A stretch of DNA of 64,000 bases from Amoeboaphelidium protococcarum X5 (lineage: Eukaryota; Fungi; Aphelidiomycota): NCBI GenBank assembly GCA_023515725.1, contig JALDTO010000192.1, positions 372,001-436,000 of the forward strand, read 5' to 3'. Of this stretch, positions 37,602-49,215 are shown piece by piece. Under the pieces are notes generated by a model. That model searched no databases. It saw only the letters and a list, made by a program, of their open reading frames with translations, and was not told the DNA's origin. The translations under genes and the position numbers were made by a program. Every line of letters starts with the position of its first letter. The stretch's first letter is position 1.

Positions 37602-38021
37602 TCATTCCTTAGGGATCACGTGCTGGTTCACGGCAATCAGCTTGGAGCTTCCTTAGGCCGTTGCAATACATTGACCAACCTGATAATTGCCTTTCACAAC
37701 AGGAAACACCTATTGTTCATCATAGGCATACTCAGCCTTACATCCGACACCGTTAAAGGTCTCGACCTCGTATTAAAGGATAGTGTCCACAGAGTTTGAG
37801 ACCTTCAGAGAGACGTCACCTAGGGAAGTGCACTGGTTGACAGTAGCAACGACAGCTTTGTAAGGGCCTTGGGCTTCACCGGAGCAATCAGATGAGCTGA
37901 AGCGCTGAAACACGGCGTACTAATTACCAAAGGTAGAAGTGCTCTCAGGATGGTATTCGCTAGGCATACCATAGACGGACGCGATCAAGGCAGCAAAAGC
38001 AGTAGTCAGTTAGTATTTCAT
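37602..38021 (-). CDS. Small secreted 4-Cys protein, paralog C (139 aa; absent from the ORF track)
   Basis: MKYQLTTAFAALIASVYG; VFQRFSSSDCSG...QCT...TFNGVGCK...FPVVKGNYQVGQC. Confidence 0.85.
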
Positions 38022-38475
38022 ATCGTCAGATTAATTAGAATTCTAGATAGTTTAATTACTTGATTTTATTAGATGTTGTTGAAGATAAGAAGAAGAAAGA
38101 TCTGGCTATATTTGTGCTTTTATAGGCGTATAAACTGCAACCAATCAGCTTTTCATGCAACCATGCAGTGATCACGGGCGGTCATTGTTCAATGACATGG
38201 ACGGCTTTGTGTTCAAATGTTACCACGTTCCTTGTGCATGACTTTTTGAACGGCACGCGGTTACACGATTCATTGTGCACAATAGATGTAACTTCAATAA
38301 AGTATAAACTCGTGTACTGTAAGTCACTTATCACTGACTTGCCGGAGTAAAGAAACTAAATATTCCTACTAATACATCTAAGTTTCTGTATCAACATGCA
38401 GGTAAATTCACACAAGCGGAGACAGTACTTTGTATTAGACAATTCATTACTCTTAATCGTAATCTTTACTCTTGG

Positions 38476-39264
38476 TCAGTCTTTCGATTATAATACCATC
38501 ATGCGGACGGGGAATAAATTGTCTGGAAATCCAGTCTATTTCACGGCGAACAGAATTTTGCATCCAGCTTTTCTAATTAAACTACACCACAGCCTCTCGG
38601 ACCGTGTGACACTTGAATCCTCAGCATCGTACGCGTAATGACTACTATCGAATGTCGTGTGATCACAGCGCTTCACATCGTTAGAGTCTGTAATATCAAA
38701 AAGCTGTTCATCAGATGTAGCAATTGATCTTAGAAAATTCTCCTTAACGACAACTACGCCATTCTATGATTCGACCGCTTTGCAAGCATCATGTAAGAAT
38801 TTCACTAGATCATCGTCTGTGAGGTGCTGTAATACCCATTGCGCCCAGACTAGAGAGTATTTATCCAGAGGAAACTGAAATTCATTCGCAGGCACTTGGA
38901 ATATCGAGCCCAATTAAGGACATTCGTCCAAATTGTCGGCAAGCTTTTATACAAACGACAATGTTGGCTCCACCACGTCAACTTTATCACAAATATTCAC
39001 CAGTAAAGCCTTAGTTATTCTTCCTATACCAGCACCAATTTCGCACGCAATCAAATTATTTCCATCTGATGTACGTTGTAGTGCCCCAGGATAACGCGTC
39101 TAAATTTCTCGAATCAACGCTTTAGATCCTTAGATATCAGGCTGATGCACTTTGGATAATCCTCCGAGCATTCCATCTACAGTCGCTTCGGTTTAATCCC
39201 AATACTAATAAGCTTTCGTGTACCAACTAGAATCATTCTACAGACTCTGCTAATCTTTTGTCAT
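38476..39264 (-). CDS. NTMT1: Alpha-N-terminal protein methyltransferase (NTMT1/Tae1)
   Basis: WYTKAYQYWDQTEATVDGMLGG, EIGAGIGRITK, WAQWVLQHLTDDDLV, VKEN, DSSVTRS, QTGFPDNLFPVRM. Confidence 0.92.
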
Positions 39265-39313
39265 TTTCTCTTTTTGTGCAGTGGCGGAGAAGATCATTTA
39301 ATCGCTTACTTTT

Positions 39314-39327
39314 GTTACCATGGTAAC
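39314..39327. promoter_or_regulatory. Perfect palindromic RFX-type X-box GTTACCATGGTAAC
   Basis: Matches GTNRCC-N0-3-RGYAAC; lies in the 165-bp divergent gap between NTMT1 and the CBA1-like gene. Confidence 0.5.
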
Positions 39328-39429
39328 CATTTGGACATGGGCACTTAGAGATCATCTTTGAGGTGCTTAGCCAAACTTAACAAATTATTGCCGGAATTAT
39401 TCTACTTGAAATACCACTCTTGGGCCACA

Positions 39430-40964
39430 ATGATATATCTTAGGACTCTTTTACTGCAGGCTATAGTCGCTTCTTTGGTATCAGGAGGATCGCCTCTAAC
39501 CAGCAATATCATAGACGGCAAATGCGCCGAAGATTACCAGTTTGATGTTGATTATTTCCCTGACAAGACGCATACTGAGAAGAGTAATCTGTTTTCAGGT
39601 ATGATCCTTATAATCTACATGTATACATACATAATCATTATTCTATGTTTCAATTCGATGTAGTTATTTATGAAAAAGACCACAAGATTGTCCACAACAA
39701 GGTGACAGATGAACAATACATCCTCTATCAGTGCGGATCTCCGAAACCAGTGGCCGATTCGAATTAAAAAGTTATCCAAGTTCCTATTACATCAGTATCT
39801 GTGCTTCAACCTTACATTCTACCTTACTTGGAGCTACTTGGTGAGATTAAGGCCGTAAAGAGTGCAGCGAAAGCTGATCTAAGCAGCTCGACCTGTCTTA
39901 GGCGCAGAGCGGATGAAGGTAAAATGTTTAAACTGTCATATACACCAGCGTTGATGTACGAGTAGCTCGGTAAACCGGAGCAATACGTTGATATTCTAAT
40001 TGATTAGATCAAAGACCCTGATAATAAGCGAGTATCATTCAATGCACTTGAGGATGCTAATCCGGTGGCAAGATTGGAGTGGGTTAAGTTTTTGGCTCTG
40101 TTCTTCAACAAAGAGAAGGTGGCTAATTAGATATTTCATCATGTGCAAGGCTAATTTGAATGTTTGAAGAGCCACTCTAGGCCTCAGTCGCCAAAGCCCA
40201 CCGTTGCTATAATCAATTACCGGGGCGCATACACCTATATTGATCGCGAGGAGAATGTTCGTAATAAGAAGAGTTAGCATTGGTACTTTGAAAGTAATTT
40301 GTACTTGAAAGCAGTGATCGAGGCTGCTGGTGGAAAGCTGTTCCGCGATGAGAGAAAGTATGAGAGCGTCAGTGAGTTCTAGGCAGTTTTGATGAAAAGT
40401 AGTAAGATTGATGTTGTCATTGATATGCACCAGATTCTCTCTAATGAAGAAGATTTGCTTTTGAATTTCATGAAGACGTATGGGTTTTTGAAGGCCAATG
40501 GGTATTAATACTCATGGATTGTACCATATGATCAGGTGAAGGAGCTTCAGTTTATAAAGAAGAACCGTGTTTTCAGAGTGGACAAGTTTAGAACTGACGT
40601 CGGCACTGATACATTCTAGGATTAGGCAAACATCCTTCCGCATCTGGTGGTTGAAGATTTTATCTAGCTGTTCCATCCTTATCGTTTGAAGTAGAAGAAA
40701 ATGATGTATCTACGTAATGTGCTCACTAGTGAACAACCTTCTCTGTCATCGCACTGTGAGCACGATTATCAATTGGCGCAGATCGCTTAAGCACGCAAAA
40801 CATGTCAAGTTAAGCTATTCCTCGGTATGCATGATTTCGAATCTCTGTACACCGTGGAAGTATTTGCTTTGTCAGTTTTCTATCTATCAGCTGTATATGC
40901 TGCGGTGATGCTGTTTCGTCGCTAATAAAGAAATCTGTTACAAAGGGTAAATGATAAGACGTGA
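39430..40964 (+). CDS. CBA1-like periplasmic-binding-fold protein (putative cobalamin acquisition), signal peptide plus C-terminal TM; intron 39599-39663
   Basis: DYFPDK, YILYQCGSPKP, YLELLG, ARLEWVKFLALFFNKE, EAAGGK, NRVFRVDK, PHLVVED, YLRN. Confidence 0.75.
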
Positions 40965-41027
40965 TAAGATGTTACGTTATAAGAGAGGTTTATTCATATC
41001 ATTTGGTGTTCACTTTAAAGTTTTCTA

Positions 41028-43394
41028 TCATTTGCGTTTAAACTGCTTTAGTTCTATCGGTGCCGGAAGTTGTGCGCGTATCATATCCCACGGACGCTCC
41101 ACCATTACACTTTTCAGTTCACTTTTAGTTGATCCCAGATTCTGGACGTCAAAATATAGCAGATTGCTGAGATCGTGCTTCCAGCTAAAGCATTCTTCGT
41201 ACAGATCTGATGAAATATCAGAGTTGCCGGTTTTACGGATCATTTTAAAGATTTAATCAACACCAACGCGACAAATCCACTTATGCGAATAGATATAGAG
41301 GCAATTACGCCGATTCTCTACTGACGATAACGCACCCACAATCTATTCTCTCCTTTTAATGAGCATCTTGTAGCTGTTTAAAACTTTATTCAACTCCACC
41401 ATTAGCTTTCCCTTCTCCAAGTCAAAAAGATGGAATTTATATAGACCATTTGATGTTCTTTAACTGAGCAGCATTCCATACTAACACAATTTAGAGTACT
41501 TGGTTGACGCCAGAGAGAAATTATAAGCACCGTCAACACAGCCATCTTATAAAAGAGAACTAACGCGATCCCTCACTTTTGCAAATTTTGAATAAGGTTT
41601 AGACTTGGTTAAATCACGTATCTCAATAGCTGTGTTCAGCCCAATTCTAACTAAAAATCTATTTCCAATGACACTTGCACAACGAGAGCTACACATGACA
41701 CTGCTAAACTCAAACTCAGATTTAACAGAGCCATCTTATAAGCAAAGACAACTAGATTGACCCTCTTGAGAGGTGACTATAATTCCGACATTATCAACAA
41801 AGAATATCCTTTCAATTTGGCCACTCACTGATTGTTACCACAATTTGTTCATGTAATATTGACCATTTTCAGAAAACAACTTGAACAGTATCACTTTATT
41901 TGTATAAGCAACAGCGATAAATTCCAATTACTCTGAGGCACAAGCATCGACAGGAGTTTAGTTTAATGTCAATTTACATACAAACTTGCAATCAGACTTT
42001 GTGGGCACAAAGCCAACGTCCTCGCCATGCTAATGCGCAACACCCAATGAATACACTTGTATTTGTTAATCAATTAAAGAAATGAGCAAATTACTTTGAG
42101 CACTGAAGAACGTTTTGTATCTACCACTAGAAAATGACGCGATTCTTGCAGGCTACACACAGGATTATATAAACTTTGATTGAGGACTATTTAGAATTGT
42201 GAGCATAGTATCAACACCACCACTAATAAACGCATCGTAAATAAGAGGATTCACACTATCCTTACCTGCTTGTGCAGTCAGTTTTCTCTTATTACCAGAA
42301 TTACTGCTCATAGATGGGCTGAATAAGCGACCAGACACTTGCAACCATTCAATTGCATAAATGTCATGAGTGTGCAACTTTCTAGAGACCAATTTTTAAT
42401 ACGGCGTACTGCCAGCACCATCAACATAGTTATGTAGCGCAATCTTCCCTTCCATGCCACAGCTTACAAAGGACTTTCTATCTAAGGTACTGGATAACGC
42501 GACAACTGCTCCGACATGCGCCTCGATCAAACTTTGCACCAACGTACCCGTTACTAAATCCCATATTCTGATATTGCCCATAGAGTCACCAGCGGCAAAC
42601 AACTACTCATCTTCGTCACATTTCAGCTGGGTTAAGCATAATATAGCTGGAGAATGACGGTCACCTGCTCCATGGGATGATTAAGATGCCAACTTGAACA
42701 GCTCAACCTGCCTCCCTTCAATTCCATCATACACTCTAATGATACCATTATCACCACCGACTAGAACGCGCCACTGAGAATCACTATCAGCATTTACATA
42801 GTCGCGGGACTATTCACAAGCAAGCGGAATAGTCATACTAGCCAAGCAAGTTAGCTGCTCATTGACAGGATCAAATGATCTCAAGTACTCAAAGGTGGGC
42901 AATCCCATCTCATTATACAAGGTCAAATCGTACGTGCGTATATAACCATTCTAAAAGCCAGCAATTAAATACTTTTATGATGGTGATACTGCAAGCCCAC
43001 ATATTTCACCACCTGAATTTAAAATTACAGTTCTCTTTAGAGATTTTATAGCGCCATCCTAAGAAGGAAGAGTAAACTCTGCAATCGAGCCATCTGAATA
43101 CCCAACGAATAATCTCGCAATTATACGATTCATTATCACGAATTATTACACCGCTGCACTATCACTTTGTTAAGCATCAACTTTGCAGTCATCTTCATTA
43201 TCTTCATCAGCTTCGGAGTCAGTGGTAGTATCATGACCAACACGCTAACCACCGTGCTATGCAGAGGAAAATGGCTAAAATTCCCACAATGACCAATGCA
43301 ATGCGGTAATCTTCTTATTCTGATCTCCCTGTACGCGATAACGACATACTCCACTAGTGCCATCGACCATAATATTTTTGCTATTATTATTCAT
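41028..43394 (-). CDS. UTP4: U3 snoRNP WD40 protein Utp4/cirhin
   Basis: WD repeats (AGDSMGNIRIWD, HTHDIYAI, ISGGVDTML) and C-terminal VMVERPWDMIRAQLPAPIELKQF. Confidence 0.82.
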
Positions 43395-43630
43395 CAGTTA
43401 TCCATGAGACTCTGACGTTAATACAATGCTCTTATTGTTAAAAGTGCAAAGTGCAAAAACGGAAACCGTTAAGGTTGACGTTGGAAGAATGCGCGAGCGA
43501 TCGAGCGCGCGACGGTGATCTCGCAGAAAACAGACAAGTCAGTTGTTTCAAACAAATCCTCAATGATTTTGCATTAAACTTTTTGTATTAAATCCACTTT
43601 CAATCTCAGTCTCCATATTATCTGTCTTGT

Positions 43631-46063
43631 TCAAATACTACACTCATCCATGGTACCAGAGCAATTGTTTGTCTTGAAGCTAGTTGGTTTGAAGTTCCCC
43701 CAATGTGCGATGAACTTATCCAAATCACCGCCAAAGTGCTTTCTCAGACATTTCATGATCGGGCAGTATTGCTTCACGTAGAATGATTTGGCGCCAGCTG
43801 ATAACCCGACGGTTGAGCCAGGATCATCCACTGCAAGAATGGCCTCCAACTTCGCCATGGCAGTCTTCGCTTTTCTCACTTTCTCTCTCCCAGGCATATC
43901 ATTCACAACTTCATCCTACTGAACAGCTGTGATGGCAGGTACAACATCAGCTACGTCAGTGTCTTCTTCATCGGATTCATAGAGTTCATCATCAGAGTGA
44001 ACCGCAGCTTGTTCACGTAACTATCTGGAAGAAGATTATTGAGAAGTCAGAGTAGATTTTGGCTACTTCAACTTAGCTGATTGAGTGGCAGCAATCAATC
44101 CATTCGCATAAAGCTCAAGCATCCTACGCAGCTCATTAATCTCCTCCGGAGTGGCATTAGGTGCAATTTCTTTCAACTTTGCCTCAATAAGCTGCAGCAC
44201 AGTCTCTTTCTTCTGCAACTGGAGAAGTGCATCGTAAATCACTCTAGGTCCACCAACTGCATCAACATCAGATAATCCACATAAGCTACGAACAATCTCT
44301 TGACTCACCTGCTGCAGACAAAAATTGCCTCTAGAATGGGCAGCATTCAGACTGCGAGCCATCTATAGCTACTCACAGTAGGCTGATCTGAATTTGCTTA
44401 CCACGGAAGACACGTCCAAACGTCTAGTCTTCGCTAATTCTAGCAAATAGCTAGCATCCTTCTTATACAATGCGGCATTAGCGGACGAAGCGTGTCGCGC
44501 ACTCTTAGTGATGTCAATCTCTGATCCCATTCCCCAAACAGCAAGCAAATAGCCAGTCTTCCTACTAGTGTGCGTACCAAATTTACCATCGGGATTGCCG
44601 GTAGCAATCTTACAAGCTTTCTGATACTGCCTATGATAAGATACGTAAGAGATGTTGTACGCCGCATGCCCAACTTGCTTCACAGCATCCAGTGTACTCT
44701 CTTGAGGGAACAAGAATCCAGTTCTAATCCCAGAAATAAAAATCCACGTCAAAAGCGCACGAACCGGGCACAATTCGGGCACATCATAATCCGTCCAAAG
44801 AGTCAAGCACACTCTAACACGATCAGACTTGCCTTTAATGTAGAAAGCAAGGGAAGATATACTGCCATCACTTTGAAAGGTCGCAAGATCCTTGTTGAGA
44901 CAATTTTCCAGCCTAGGATCATGAATTTTCAAATCGGTGACTTCATCATTGCGCAGAAATAGCTTGATACTAACGATAATCATCGTCCACATCATGAATG
45001 ACTTCGCATCATTTTTCGAGATGAAATACTCGCGGAGACGTAGTAATTCCCAAGGTGTGAGCGGCTAGCTGCCTTCGGACACGTAGCTGCATCCATCGCG
45101 GGAGTTCAATCTCTACATGTTAGTCATGAGGGAAGAATTCTTTGGATCTCCACCCAGCCAAATACGAGGAGCCATCGGATGGAACCGACAGCCAGATCTA
45201 TCACCACGCTCAGAACGTTGGATGCACTCTTCGCAGATATCTCTGTACTCCCCCCTCTAATTACGACTATCATGCAGCACAGAGACAGCCGATAACAACT
45301 GGTCAACATTCTGTGGCATATTCCAACCACCCTAGCACTTGATATCGTGCCCATAGACACATTTCACAGCGTTGCCATTCTCGTCTTTTAGCAAAGAACC
45401 CTTCTCATTACGCTTGAACTTGATAAACAAAATGATGCTCTTGGCGTTCATTGACGGTGTGTACTGCGGGGGGTTAGGAAGCAGCATTAAACTCGAGCTG
45501 TAGTCACCAATTAGCGCAAAAAAGTACCGCAATCCTCTGTAATGCTTCTAGTAGGCTTACATACTATTCACAGCCAAAGGCCTACCGCCAGTGAGTGGCA
45601 CAGATACGTCGGATCGAGTCAACCTCAGCAGCTTCAACGTCTCTCCAATGCCTTCATCCAGCTTATACTTGTACGCCGCTTCAATGCGATACACATGGCT
45701 GTTCTCCGACTTCTTGCGTCTCTTCACCTTCTTCGCCAACTGCTCATCATCCAGACCATCATCAGAGTCGTAATCGTCGTCGTCATCTTCATCTTCATTC
45801 TCCAGCTACCTATTGAAAGCAGCACTGACTTGAGCAGAACTTTGTGAAGTGATATCAGCAGTTTGATTCATGCTAACAACACTTGTTTCAGCCTCGCACC
45901 CAGCCAGACCAGAACTTGAGGAGGCGGATACGCCGACACTACTGCCAACACCAGCACACTCATCAACGGCTGGGATGCCAGTACTACTGTTGGAGGTGGT
46001 GATACCACCTCCAGATGGCTACGAGTCACTCTACACTGCTCTAGAACGCTTCCTGCCAGACAT
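43631..46063 (-). mobile_element. Intact Crypton-like tyrosine recombinase gene (810 aa), transposon-derived or domesticated
   Basis: Single TGA-free frame; catalytic set FLRNDE (R), KGKSD (K), THTSRKTG (HxxR), ARH (H), AALY (Y), plus the CPV motif. No RT, gag or capsid ORF adjacent. Confidence 0.85.
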
Positions 46064-46216
46064 GCGAGACGGTCGAGATTGTAACAAAGCGAGTTCGGTG
46101 CGTTTCTCCGGGTGCAAGGTGCAAAACACTACCGGTGCAAAAGAAAACAAGCGTTGTATTTTGTAAATAATTTTTATTAGATAGTCTGAACAGTATATTG
46201 AAGATATTTATACATC

Positions 46217-48463
46217 ATGCCTTCGTAATCTCCTATATAAATGACAGATACTAGGCCTATTTCGATTGTGAATTAATCCTCCTCTTAGCGGATCAAGCCA
46301 TTCTATGGCGATAAGGGGTCTGGAAGCATGGATAGCAGTATTTAATATCTGAATGATACTCTCTTTGCTATCAATCGGCCCCCTTTGCATGGATCTGGAT
46401 ATAATATGATGACCAATGGCAGCCGATCTGTCACTCCAGAAGGTATCAGAGGAAGTGAGGGTGGAATAGCTATGGCCATCAGGTAAAGATTTAATCAGCA
46501 CCTTAGTAGTAACTCCTAACGACACAGTGCCGATGATGGTGGGAATCGGCACTTGGACCATGACTCTTAATGGCATGATAATAAAAAGACACGTTCATCC
46601 GACAACTCCTCTAATTATGGGCTTGGTATCACTAGCGATAGATCATAATCGGAGAATAATAATGATGATGGCTTGTAGTAGTAGTAGCAGTAGTAATTAA
46701 AGCTTTAATCTATCTCGGAGTAGAGTCCTTTCATGCTTGATCCGTCTGATCGACATGGACGATCGAAGCTGATCCAGCCTCTGTCATTGCCAAACTCTTA
46801 GATATACCAGTCACCTAACCAGCCATTAGATGAATAATTGCGACGATGTTCGATGCCGGCATCATAATAAGCATTCAGAGTTCCTGTCAGGCGGATATCA
46901 TCTAATGGATCGAGAAATTGGCTTGGTGCCATTAGTTAAGGCTCGTGTTCTGCTCCCACGTCTAATCTGCAATAAAGTCCATCTACTCATTTTCCCTGTA
47001 TTGACGAAACTGCCTACTCCTCACTCCCACCATCGCCAGCTATCTCATTCCTGGGTCATCTGGCTGGTGTCACCTCTGCCCCATCCACTCTCAGTCGCGA
47101 TTATTTGAATAACAGTGGTAGCATGAATAATAGCGGCACTGATGCAAGAAGTATCTAATGGGAAAATGTTTCTATCGGTGACTTGTCTATCAGTAAGAAG
47201 ATTGGCTCCGGTAATTTCAGTCAAGTGTATGATGGTGTCTGGCGTGGCCAGAATGTGGCTGTAAAGATTGTATAAAGGAAACGAATGACTGACCTCAACA
47301 AAAAGCCATGTTATCAATCTACAGCCTAATAAAGTCCTTCCAGTGATCAGAGCTCACCATCCCAGTCTCGATCGGCTGCTGGAAAGGAGAATTATATCAC
47401 CTCCACCACAGGCGTATTTTCTGCATCTCCTAATACGTCGCCAGTTGCGAATAATACAGGCAGTGATGAGCAGAAAGCATAAATGTCTGAAGTTGTTACA
47501 GAGATGGAAGAAGATGATTTGTTCTATCGTGAGTTATCTTTGTGGAAATCATTGTCTCATCCGAATATTGTGCCTCTGCTGGATATCATCGAGTTTGATG
47601 AACAGAATCTACTTCTGGTGATGGAAATATGCAAACAAGGCTAGCTGTTGACTTATATCAATGAACACCCAAATGGACTGACTGAAGACATTGCCAAGTA
47701 CATATTTCGGGATATTGTATCTGCTGTATCTTATCTCCATAGCAAGTAGATTGTTCACCGTGATATTAAACCGGAGAATGTGTTTCTCGACTTTGATGCT
47801 AGTGGTAAGTTGGTGGCCAGGTTGGGTGACTTTTCTCTCAGTGAAAGATTCCAGCTGATTGATCCATTGACTACTGATAGCAATGGTAATGCCACTCACG
47901 TAGGTACACCAAAAAACAGATACGGTTGTGAGTGTAAAGACATTGATTAGATTCTGGAAGCTGGCGGTGTAGGTTCTCTTGAGTACGCGTCACCAGAAGA
48001 GTTGGATCATTCATTTCTTCATCCACAAGAAGGTAGAAGTAATCTACAGTCTCTATACACTTATCCATCTCCCACTAGTGATTTATGGTCTCTTGGCGTA
48101 ACTTTGTATGTTATGCTCTGTAATCAACTACCATTCTGCGATGTCTATGGTCCGCGTTGCCAATTGAAAATCTTATCTGGATGTTACAAGCGACTTCGCT
48201 CTTCCACCTCAGAATACTCATTAACCAGTCCTAATCAGTAATCGTGCGGCTCACAATCATTCGGCTCATCATCATTGAGTTCTTCATTCAATAATCCATC
48301 GTTGAATACACGTAGCTTTCTGGAGAATGGCAGAACTTATAGTAAAGACGTGGTGGATTTGCTGGATGGAATGCTCAGTGTCAATGTTTACAAGCGATTA
48401 AGCGTGGAAGATGTAATGCAATGCCAGTGGCTTGGTAATAATAATAAATTTGCTCAAGAATGA
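46217..48463 (+). CDS. Ser/Thr protein kinase, fungal Nnk1-like
   Basis: IGSGNFSQV, VAVKIV, HRDIKPEN, LGDFSLS, GSLEYASPE, SDLWSLGVTLY, YGPRCQLKILSG; N-terminal polyQ TAG TAG TAG TAG CAG TAG TAA. Confidence 0.88.
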
Positions 48464-48669
48464 ACTCAAAGGAAATGTATTGAAAATTTAATTCACAGCT
48501 TTTGGATTTCACAGAGGTTCTTATTTTTGTGCTACGCTGTACTGTAGATCAAACAAACTCGGCATCATTCAACCTTATTCTTGATGATTCGCTCAACATA
48601 TTTGATATAATATCTTCCTTAAAAACATTCAATACGATAGCCAACATTAGATATAGTGTACATTTAAAG

Positions 48670-49043
48670 ATGCCAAAAACTAAATAGATTTCAAGCAAGA
48701 AGGAACCCAGAGAGAATAGGCAGTAAAAGTTGGCCAGGATTGAAGCGAACAAAAGAGCGCACGAGGTTTGATATTATTCATGTTTCACACTTGTTATAGA
48801 CGGCTTAATGTAAATACATGATGAAGATAATGAATAATGTAGGTGGCAAGAAAGTATGTTATCCCTGGACTAATTGTTATCGCTGCACTGTTTGCCTTTG
48901 TCCTATTTTCGCTGTATGGATTTGGGAGTCCATAGCCAAAGTTGAATGTTACTAATGACACTGATCTACCAGAGATTTTGAAACAATTCGGTGGATCTGA
49001 GTCTGACTCTTCACCGATTGACGATTCTAATCAGGAATTGTGA
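48670..49043 (+). CDS. Small single-pass membrane/coiled-coil protein (SMCO4-like); intron 48766-48842
   Basis: MPKTKQISSKKEPRENRQQKLARIEANKRAHE|VARKYVIPGLIVIAALFAFVLF...NQEL. Confidence 0.6.
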
Positions 49044-49215
49044 TATGGACAATATTTTAGATTTAATCAAGATATTTTCGCTATAGGATTAGACTCAGAA
49101 ATAGTAGAGTAGATTAAAGTTCTAGTAAATATATGTTTATGAATGATTAAAAGTACATTGAACATTACACTAAACACTGCTATTACTAAAATACTCTCTC
49201 TCTCTCGAGTTATCT

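Noticed and set aside
43395-43545. Upstream open frame extending UTP4
   Set aside because: It has no ATG, would need non-canonical splice sites, and the region looks like a promoter.
43444-46127. GTGCAAnGTGCAAAA at 43444 and 46112 as terminal direct repeats of the recombinase element
   Set aside because: Both copies lie about 50 bp upstream of minus-strand ATGs (UTP4 and the recombinase), and the likely UTP4 promoter core (43491-43512) would fall inside the element. A shared promoter motif is equally likely; unresolved without other copies.
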